Shown piece after piece: positions 62,601 through 64,000 of a stretch of 64,000 nucleotides of DNA. Source of the stretch: Lytechinus pictus (taxonomy: Eukaryota); contig NC_087250.1 of NCBI RefSeq assembly GCF_037042905.1, positions 20,276,001 to 20,340,000 on the forward strand, written 5' to 3'. The position numbers and the translations under genes were made by a program. Numbering within the stretch: position 1 is the stretch's first letter; each line of letters begins with the position of its first letter. The notes below the pieces were generated by a model. That model saw nothing but the letters and a program-made list of their open reading frames with translations, searched no databases and was not told where the DNA came from.

Positions 62601-63647
62601 GACCAGCCAAATATTATATTTAGTTTTGAACCTTGTAGATTTAAATCTAAATCTAAAAGATTTAAATTTAAATCTTTAGAAAGTTTTAAAGTTAATACCT
62701 AAACATTTAAAATAAATCCAACATTCGGCTGGTCACTATCCACAGCCGATCTGGATTTATTTTAAATCCTTGATTTTTAGAGTGTATAATAGAGAGAGAG
62801 AGAGACAAACTGAAAGAAGGCGAAAGATGGATAGAGCATGACAGAGACAGCAGACAGACAGAGAGGGAGAGAGGTTGAGGAGTGAGAGAGAAAGGAAGAG
62901 ATGGAAACAGACGAACAGAGATACGAGAGACAGAAGGAGGGGGTTGAGTGTTGAATGTATCTTTCAAACTTGGTTAGATGTCATAAATGATGTGGCTTAC
63001 AGTTTCATTTTACTTCTTTTCAACTCCACGGATTAAATCCAAAACATACAGTCAAGTATTTCTTTAAAAAAAATGAAAAAATAAAAATCACCATGAATGA
63101 AACCGGAAAAGGAACAATGTAAAAATTTATTTCCAAAGTGGATAATCTTCAAATAAATTATCAACCTTTTTTGGCCCAGTAAAAAAATTGTTATTTATTG
63201 GGTCATCTCACCCACTTCCGGAACCACGAGAGGGGGCGCTATAAAAAAGTAAAACATTGTTTTTTGTCAATATTCCCTTTAATAACGAACTTGTCATGCT
63301 CGTGAGATACGTGTAATAGAACGGCTCTTTTTATACTTAGGATATGGAAATCAATTGTTATTGGGGACATCACCCAAATTTATATCGAAGAAGATTAAAT
63401 TCAATGTATCAAATAGCAAAATCACCCTTATCAATGATTGAGTTTGAGCACAGAGATACATTATCATATTTTATTTCGAGTGCAAATGACTTACGATTAT
63501 ACCACCCCAAAGAGGGGTGCCTACGGCGTTATTGGTAATTTGCACCGTGGAAAAGGCTGCAAGTTGTGCCGTCAAAATCAACATAGCCAGGGTTAGCAAT
63601 ATCTGCATGGCCCCTGTGAACCCGATGAATCGTCTCCTAAATCCCAT
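59645..63647 (-). CDS. MS4A/CD20-like four-transmembrane protein, paralog C, 173 aa. Coding exons 63647-63495, 62490-62404, 61586-61371, 59710-59645
   Basis: GT-AG phase-0 introns. MGFRRRFIGFTGAMQILLTL...GTPLWGGII | LLMCGAGNIIDAL...YMLP | LNFTTLLANLTAF...LFALFADCFGVC...PHHQ | RPYYVDYDGPPRGMPNQVFKA*. The third coding exon is 216 nt, as in paralog B. The acceptor is at 63684, so the 5'UTR exon probably lies beyond the window. Confidence 0.88.
59871..60069. mobile_element. CACT/TA MITE; reverse relative at about 13750-13913
   Basis: TA|CACTCTAAAA ... TTTTAGAGTG|TA. TTTACCCAATATTGGGTAGAAAG is shared with the 13.8-kb copy. Confidence 0.8.
60935..61345. mobile_element. Fold-back repeat, same family as 1295-1641
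   Basis: See the 1295-1641 entry. Ends about 25 bp from a paralog C splice donor. Confidence 0.7.
62551..62784. mobile_element. CACT/TA MITE
   Basis: TA|CACTCTAAAAATGAAGGATTTAAAATAAAT ... ATTTATTTTAAATCCTTGATTTTTAGAGTG|TA. Confidence 0.85.
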
Positions 63648-63927
63648 CGTAGGTGGCGTAGGTCTTTCGTTTTCAAGATCAAATCTAAAAAGAGTAGCAA
63701 TTAAAAAAAAAAGGTGGGTAGATTAATGAAATAAAATCATTTTAGACGAGCTGGGTATGGGAAAAGCTAACTTGATAACTGTGACCCGAGGAAGTTTATT
63801 CATTAAATCATGAGACACTTCATTTTATATCCGGTTCAATCATTAAAGCATTTTCAGTCATCATAAACCCTTTAATGCCGTGAAAATTTATGGTATCTTA
63901 CATGGTTGATTTTCAATTGGTCTGATG

Positions 63928-64000
63928 CAGTGGCGTACCTAGGATTTTCCACGGGGAGGGGGGCAAAACCGGAAAATTTGACAAGCAAAAAAAAGGTCTT
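63928..64000 (+). mobile_element. Start of a hAT-like MITE, cut off by the window end
   Basis: CAGTGGCGTACCTAGGATTTT...GGGGGCA terminus; the other end is not visible. Confidence 0.45.

Noticed and set aside
6372..63647. Functional linkage between the subtilase and the MS4A-like cluster as one system
   Set aside because: Adjacency alone is not evidence in an animal genome, and no shared regulatory sequence was seen. Conserved synteny and co-expression would be needed.

Overview
Repeat-rich, AT-rich animal genomic DNA. The repeat types suggest an echinoderm, probably a sea urchin; this is inference and no database search was run. Four spliced host genes were rebuilt by hand from GT-AG sites with consistent reading frames. 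The first is a + strand, 384-aa secreted proteinase K/aqualysin-type subtilase (family S8A) with signal peptide, I9-type propeptide and an intact D/H/S triad (CDS 6372-24450, 8 coding exons). The other three are paralogous small four-TM MS4A/CD20-like genes (34491-40812 +; 49758-52392 -; 59645-63647 -). They share an all-phase-0, 4-coding-exon structure, have length-variable extracellular loops, and end in a 21-aa Tyr/Pro-rich tail of fixed length terminating [YF]KA. The two long ORFs are retrotransposons. One is an intact CR1-group LINE (APE endonuclease + RT; 7131-11614, antisense in a protease intron, splitting a TTAA MITE). The other is a 5'-truncated I/Nimb-like RT-RNase H element inside an (ATTG)n tract. 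The rest is a nested mosaic of MITEs (TTAA/Kolobok-like, Harbinger-like, CACT/TA, hAT-like, Mutator-like), tRNA-derived SINEs, LINE 3' relics, microsatellites and a minisatellite. The best leads are the MS4A-like receptor-style cluster, the bacterial-type subtilase with introns and a GATA/Fox promoter cluster, and repeated targeting of one MITE family by another.
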